Below are positions 57,151 to 64,000 of a stretch of DNA of 64,000 bases, piece after piece. Both the position numbers and the translations under genes were made by a program. Source of the DNA: Tubiluchus corallicola (lineage: Eukaryota; Animalia; Priapulida). The stretch's first letter is position 1, and every line of letters begins with the position of its first letter. The stretch lies in assembly GCA_030141605.1 (NCBI GenBank), contig JAQGDQ010000434.1, forward strand, positions 124,001-188,000. The letters run 5' to 3'. Under the pieces are notes generated by a model. That model made no database searches. It had not been told where the DNA came from and saw only the letters and a list, made by a program, of their open reading frames with translations.

Positions 57151-57829
57151 GGACCAGTTACAAACCAATCGGTTATAAACAAACCAATTTAGTCAATAAA
57201 ATCGCGAGAAACCTGTGTTTGATCTACACACTTTAACACAGTAATATACGCTATTTTTTTCCTTATATTGTTGTGAATAAGTTTCCACAAGCATTGTGTC
57301 AATTTGGTGTAACTGTGACATAAGAACTATCCTGTATCATCACTACACTGTTGCTTGTTATGCTACTTAGTTATCAGATATCACACGTACTTCGTCTATT
57401 CTGCGTATCTAAAATAAAACTGTATTTCGATTGAAAAGTTTAATAAATTGTAGGTTAATTTCATCGTTGATTAATAATTTTGACATTATGATCATTTATA
57501 AGTAATTTATTACGCATGGGCAGTGTTGGACCACACTAGTGGAGTAAAAAAGCAAACAAGTCCTATCATTATTGATTATTCTAGGGTTAGTAAACTAACA
57601 TTTGGAATGCTAAAAGCATTGGAAGAGGGCCATTGGAATTGAATCAGATTTATCGCAATGTCTTGATTGCAAGCTAGAGACTTGGTGGTCTAAGACGTTG
57701 AGTTGTCGGGTTAGCCTAAACATCCCTGTTAGCAGTCATTGCTGACTCACTTGTGATTTATTCCGCTTTTTCTTTAGCCATATTTAGACTCAAAAGTTGA
57801 ATGTGTGACAATTTATTATATCATTTTAG

Positions 57830-58055
57830 TAATCTTTTAGTTAATGCTAAGTTTAATAGCTTTTTTCGCCGACTATAGATAACAAATCTGCACCTACATA
57901 GCAGACACAGTTATTACCCCACTTTTACCCAAAAATACCACGCGCCAGGCAGGACAACAGCAGGTACCATTTTTAATGTCTTTGGCATTACCCAGCCGCA
58001 GCATCGAACTCCCAGCCTCCCAGACGGAAAGCGCACACGTTATCAATAGACTTAG
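57830..58055 (-). mobile_element. tRNA-derived SINE (family B, Meta-domain-like), copy 2
   Basis: Minus strand gagttcgatgctgcggctgggtaatgccaaagacattaaaaatggtacctgctgttgtcctgcctggcgcg (B-box-like GTTCGA); direct repeat of copy 1. Confidence 0.75.
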
Positions 58056-61000
58056 TCTCGTCTACCCTGTTAGGAATTCAAATAGGCGTAGGTTAGCCAA
58101 ATATTCCAATAACGAGTAGTATTACAATACTGATCATTCATTGCAGTGCTTCTTAATTAGGAATAACAGCTTGTAAATAGTAAAAAAAACAAGTGTGTCT
58201 TTAATTATGCTGCTCTTTGGTAATGCATAACCAATTGATTATCATACTGCTGTGACATTCTTCTTTCAATAATGTTTTTCCGTGTTTTTGGTGCAAGAAA
58301 GTGATAAACACGAACAAACGTATTTTTATCTGCGCGCTGCATGCGTAAACGTTTGAGTGCATGCGCTAATAAAATTGCGCTCCGGCATCAAAATGCTGAA
58401 ATGCTAAGGTAGTAATGATTACCGTAATAACGTTAAAAATGAATGCCGCTTAAACTTAAAAAACTTTTTGTAGCTCTAGGGTACTGAACGCTTACTCTAC
58501 AAAATAAGCATAGCATTAGAAGTAATTGCTAATATTAAATCAAGACATTAAAATTATTATTATAACTAATTCAGCCAGAAATTGAAACCAATGAGATGAG
58601 AAAACTGCTGAAACGTCTGGCAAAATCTCGCTCATTTTCTTCAATTATGATTTTTTTAAATGAAATATTTACTTCGTTTCGATTGATTTTTTTAGTCCAC
58701 AAGTTTTCTCTCAACTAACGAATTTTTCAGTCCATTTTGAGTGGTCAGTTAATCCATGGGACCACAGAGGCCCTTAATACTCTCCACCGAAAACGTGAAC
58801 CATTTCCAACGAAGCACAGCTACTCAGCTTGATGCAATGTAGCAACAATACGGGGTTGAGGAACCGACGAGCACAAAAAAATTATTAGTAAACCAAAAAT
58901 GATATCCTAGAGACAAACCAAAGAACTAATGGGAGAGAAGTTCGCTGAACTAGAACCACTTAACTAAAAGGTCACTAAATTAAGAGGCTAATGTTTCGAA
59001 AGATCACAAAGTTGAAATACGTATATATGTTTTGAATCCCAAAAACACTTTAAAACAATTTTTATAATGAGTTGATGTGTTTACTTAATGAGTAATTTTT
59101 GACCTTAGGTCAAGGCAGTCCAGGTGACATCTGTGTGTCATCCATGTTAATTATCAAAGTTTATCAGAGTTTTATCAAGGATTCATCTAAAATACACATA
59201 AATTTGAAGTGGTAAGTATAGAACTAAATCCGCGCGTATTAATTAATAAAACACACTATGCATCTGATGTCAAAGCAAGATTATTCACTTAGTAATGTGG
59301 CAAACAAACAAAGAAAACCTGTGACCCCGGTATGGAAAGTGACAGAAAGATCCCAAGCATGTTGACTAATCGATGTTCTTAGAACGAAAACTTTCATATC
59401 GAAGGCCAAGATCAATTCACCTTGTGACTTTTAAAGTCATGTTGCAACTCATGTGTGGCATGCAGTATGCTAAATAAATATCAGGATAAAGATCTCGGAT
59501 CATCATCGACATAATCAAACAAATCATTTCTGTACAGTAATTAAAATAATATGTTAAAATATTTACACAGGTCACAAAAAACTTCGGGTTTTCTTGTGTT
59601 TTTTATCCTGAAATACCATTAAATAAAGCAAAATAAATATTTTAGTAACTGGAATAGACTGACCTAAAACGTTTATTGGGCAAAGCGATTACAAACCCAT
59701 TTATATTCATGTGCAACTTTAACTTTATAATGCCTGCCATCATATTCCATTATGCCTTTATACCTCAGCTTCTATGTTAGCCAAATTAAGATATAATTTT
59801 AACAAGAGCTAAACATACAGTTTCTGAAGAAAAAATTATGCATGATTTTTATGTTCTTATTTTTCAAGGTGGTCATGTACTAATTTAAAGAACTAACGAT
59901 CATCGGCTAAGGTTATGCGTCACTCATTTAGAAAGGTTTTGTTGTTTCCATTCCTAAACCCAGAGATTTAAAAAAGTCTGCGTTAAGTTTCTAGCAGTAG
60001 CAAAAATTGAGAGCTAAATTATGCAATACTAGATTTGACTATTAATTTTCGCTAACTTCTAATCAGACTATTGGACAAACAAGTATGTAGTGGAGACCCA
60101 TTAATCGTAATACCCCCCAAGAATCAGCTAAATATCATGGATTTCGTGAAAGTTTTAAAAGCTCTGTCACTGCGTACTGAGAGCTCGGCAAGAATCATGC
60201 AAGGTTCAAGTAGCTTAAGTGGACCTCAAGAAAAGCTTTTAAGAGGAAAAAATAATGCGTGGAATCATTTGCCACATGACCACAATAATTGCAAACGGCT
60301 TATAGATGCGTCGGCAGGAAATATTCCGTGAGATGCTGCAGTAATTAGCAGTGCAATCGCCTTCTGCGCAAGAGCCGCATGCATTCTTGTCTCAAACTGG
60401 AAAACTACATTTACTCAAATACTTGATGACATGAGAAGTTTCCAGTAAGGAGACGACCTCTTGTCGCTTTATTATTTAATTGCATGTTATGAGTGGCCTT
60501 GCAGCTAATCACTAATGGAAAACTGGCAACCAAAGAAACTAATAAATGACACAAATGCACGCTGCCACGGATCAAAATGACTTTGCAGGTTTTATAGGCA
60601 GAATGCTGATGCATCCACGTGGCAATAACACGCATGAGAGACATGATTAGTATGACGCACACGTAGTCTCTAATTGCAAAAACGGTCAGATTAAAACTCC
60701 CGAGGATCAGTGGCAGACATACACAAACTGTATCTGCTGTATCTGCTTAAGAAACCTTCTGACTCGGGACTTGCTTGACATAGGAGCTACATTTAAAACA
60801 AGCCTGAACGTGAAAGAAACCAGAAGAAAGAAAAATGTCTAATGCAAAGCGACGACATAAAGTAGATTTGCCGTTCTAGCGAATTTTGGAAAATTGAAGG
60901 CATTAATGAGAAACGGGAAGTGTGAAACGAATTGAAGATTTTGTTAGGCTATTTATCGGAATTAAAATTTAACTGATAATTTTTGTTAACAAATCATAAT

Positions 61001-61755
61001 TATAAGAATTTTTATTTTCAGGTTTACAGGAGAGCACAGAAGATATTCTTCTATCTTAAAAGTTAAACATTTTAACGCAGTTTAAAGAAGATTCTCTGTT
61101 ATTGTATTAACTGATTTAGTAGTGCACGTTAAAGTGTGCTGTTTTCCACGTAACAGTTCTATTTAGGGTTTTGAAAACTGCAAGCGTCCTAAAGACTGAT
61201 ATAAGAACTCCTCCTCAACATAAGCCTCTTTAGTTTCATCTTCATCAAAGGAGTTAGTTTTTAGCTTATAACGCACGCCTGTATAGAATAATTAGAATTT
61301 TTGTAATGTTCGCACAACTACAGCAGTTGCAAAACTCAATCTTCTGAATCATTCGTGCCAAATGTGCGCATAGTGCATTAACTCATTAATTTGTTTTAAA
61401 TTTGGTTTTTATTAAAGAATAAAATAAATGAATTTACGGAGTGCTCAATCAAACATTCAAAGCTCTGATACAAAAACACTGAAGTTTTGAAATTGGTAAG
61501 CAACTATTTAGATATTTCAGGGTACACAGCTTGGCCATCTTATTGCTAAAGACCACGTCAATTGGTCATTTCAAGGTCAAACTGGCTGTAGTGCAAGGTA
61601 AATTATATATTTGTTAGCTGGATTATTTACACAAACCATCTAAGACTAAGTACTCCTCTGTGCGTGCAATTAATCAAGCATCTTGCCTCAAGTGGAACTG
61701 TAAGCTGAACTCTGTACAACTCTTGTAACGACGAATCTATAAACAACAATGCTCC

Positions 61756-62971
61756 TTAAAGCGACCTTTCATTTCTTTTACCTTCTCGTTGCATTGCTAG
61801 GCATGATATTATGGCAAATTGAGTTATTACACAGTCATGGGGGTATTTTGCTTTGTGACGTTGGAAATGGACTTTTAGGCTTCCTTTTGTGGTAAAATGG
61901 CTTCCACAAATATTACATTTAAAAGGTCGTTCACCTGTATGTGACCGAATATGTATCTGCAGGGCACTGTCACTACCAAATGCTTTTCCGCAATACTGAC
62001 ATTTCCGACGCAAAAACGGGTCATCTGAACGTTTGTCAAACATATTGAAATTTGGATTGTGGGACATAATTTGTGCCATATCAACTGGTCCAGGACTAGG
62101 TAATGCTCCCACAACAGTTTGTGCTAAAAGTTCTAGAGCACCTGGAGATTTTGAAGGAAGCACTGGTGTCGAGTCTAACGATTTCGATGAAGCTGGCGCT
62201 GACTTACTTATGCTTGATTCTGCACTGGTTATTGCTGAACTTGTCACTGTGGTTGATGTTGTAGATGCCACTGTACATATTGTAGAAGTTTGTGCAGAAG
62301 CTTGGGATGTCGAATGCAAGGGAAGTCGCGACAGTATTGGTGTCAAGATTGCACTAGTTGGGGTTGATGTGATATTAGATATAATAGGTGATAATGAGCT
62401 TATTATTGGAAATGATGAGGGTGCTTCAGACTGTCCTGTGCCAAAAGAAGGCCGTGCAACTGAAGGAACATTCCTCGTCAACTGGACTTGCAGCTGCTGT
62501 AGCAATTCTAGTTGTACAAGTTGATGTTGCTGTAAACTGTCTAGTGTGTTGTATAAAGCTTGAAGATCCGATGGTGGAAAATTGTTAGTAGCGAACTGCG
62601 CCACTGCTTTTTTGGTGTTTCGAATGCTCTCCAATACAAGATTTGAATCTGGAAGCTTGAAAGGAGGTGACACCTGAGAGGTATCAGACGAGCTTCTTGT
62701 TTGTCCCATCGCACTCTTTGAATAATCGTCTGTGTCCCTTATATCTGTAAAATTGTTGTCATGTTCTTTCACTGAATTATTTTGAGAATCAACTCCATCT
62801 TCGGCTGGCAAGTGTCCATTTTCGTCTACTATCAATACAAGTCTTTTCCTCCTACATGTCTTTTTATGCTTGAGAAAATTTGCCAGTCCGAATAGTTCTG
62901 CATTGCATTTTCCACAAACAGTGTGAGATCACTGACGTCATCTTCTTCACTTTGTGATTCTGATGACAAAC
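61756..62971 (-). pseudogene. SALL: spalt/Sal-like (SALL) zinc-finger exon, apparently frameshifted and 3'-truncated (pseudogene or truncated paralog); first exon not seen in the window
   Basis: Acceptor tctttgcag| at 62972. C2HC finger [31 protein letters not shown], Gln-rich [15 protein letters not shown] and double C2H2 [52 protein letters not shown]. The finger frame is closed by TGA codons just upstream of 62927, and similarity ends abruptly after KYPH. Confidence 0.75.
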
Positions 62972-63721
62972 CTGCAAAGAAACAAAACACATATCAAGAG
63001 AGGCAAAGAAAAAAAGAAAAAGAACTGCAACAGGTATAATAATTATAACAAGCAGTTTGTGTCAAATTATGTTAAAAGGAAACGGTCAGCCTTACAGAAG
63101 TTGAAGTCAGGAAACAACGTTTGGAAATTTACCTAGAATTTGGGTTTTATTTACATTAAACGTTATTCTTACGCAGAAGCCATCGTAGCATCAGCGTAAC
63201 ATTTTGTAGCAGTAAATTACTGTAAAAACGACTGGAGTTTAGTTTTACAATTTTACAAAAGGTTACAAAATTAAGTTCTAAAATGTCTCGAAAACCAAAA
63301 TCTTTTTTTGGCAGCCGCTGAACAAATCTAATTATCGTGATTAATAATTATCGATATCGGTTCACTTCATTAGACGCTTCGAACTCTGTTACACTAACAC
63401 ACCTCCAAAAGAAGTTAAGCCAATTTCCAATTTATTATCTAGGTACGGCGCAGCACAAGTTCCACTGTAATCTATTTATCAAGTTAAAATGATACAAGTG
63501 TTTTGCAATTCAAGTTTTGCAAAAAATTCACAAAAGTAAAAATAAAATTGATCAACCGAGTTGAACAACTACTACTCCATTGTTAATGGATGTCACAAAA
63601 GTATTTTTGTAAATTTATCTAACTGATTAGTGTTTGGAGAGTGTCAACATCTTTATATGATACATATTAGCGTATTCAAATAATGAAGTTCCGTTTACGT
63701 TTAAAGATTGTCAGGGCGAGT

Positions 63722-63780
63722 CAATGTATAACATAACGTAACGTAACATGACATAACACAATCTTTTATTTATCTTGCAA
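63722..63780. repeat. Degenerate (ACATA/ACGTA)n pentamer run next to tttatt, probable retroelement tail on the - strand
   Basis: ataacataacgtaacgtaacatgacataacacaatcttttattt. Confidence 0.45.
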
Positions 63781-64000
63781 AACACACACAGATATAATAC
63801 AAATAATAATTTGAAAACATTTTTTTGAAGAAAGGGCATCTAAGGTATAGGACGTATGATTGATATCGCTGCATCTAAACCGCCAGTTCATTTTAAAAGC
63901 ATCATAGAAGTTGCCAAAGTGTAAAACTTTAGCAAAGTAGTATTAGCATAAGCACCGATAAAGCGCATTCTTTTCAGAAGAGTAAATGTTGAAATGCCAA

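Noticed and set aside
58574-58646. Imperfect hairpin containing GAAACGTC, resembling a second hammerhead
   Set aside because: The upstream CUGANGA is absent (GAGAUGA) and there is no stem II; at most an unrecognisably decayed remnant.
62033-62588. Plus-strand ORFs of 163 aa and 66 aa overlapping spalt, and similar antisense ORFs over LRRIQ3, VPS52 and EZH exons
   Set aside because: Antisense shadows of real coding sequence with no recognisable domains.

Overview
AT-rich genomic DNA from an invertebrate animal (GT-AG introns, no prokaryotic features). Splicing by hand gives six protein-coding genes on the + strand: the 3' part of MCRS1 (9 exons), a complete 16-coding-exon Enhancer of zeste (EZH1/2, 791 aa), an intronless VPS52, a 7-exon CD63-type tetraspanin, an intronless LRRIQ3-like gene and a 3-exon CMC2. 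On the - strand at the right end lies a spalt/SALL exon that appears frameshifted, mutated in the SAL box and truncated after its first double zinc finger. Introns and intergenic DNA hold decayed CR1/L2 and RTE LINEs, two tRNA-derived SINE families, an hAT-type MITE with an 8-bp TSD and microsatellites. The most notable observations are (i) a Penelope-like remnant in an EZH intron with a ~72-bp near-perfect inverted repeat and a minimal hammerhead-ribozyme core in sense orientation, (ii) the crippled spalt copy, (iii) two intronless, probably retroposed genes among intron-rich neighbours, and (iv) a duplicated EZH splice donor whose use would introduce a stop. I found no support for a wholly new multi-gene system. 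Gene identities rest on recalled protein motifs, not database searches.
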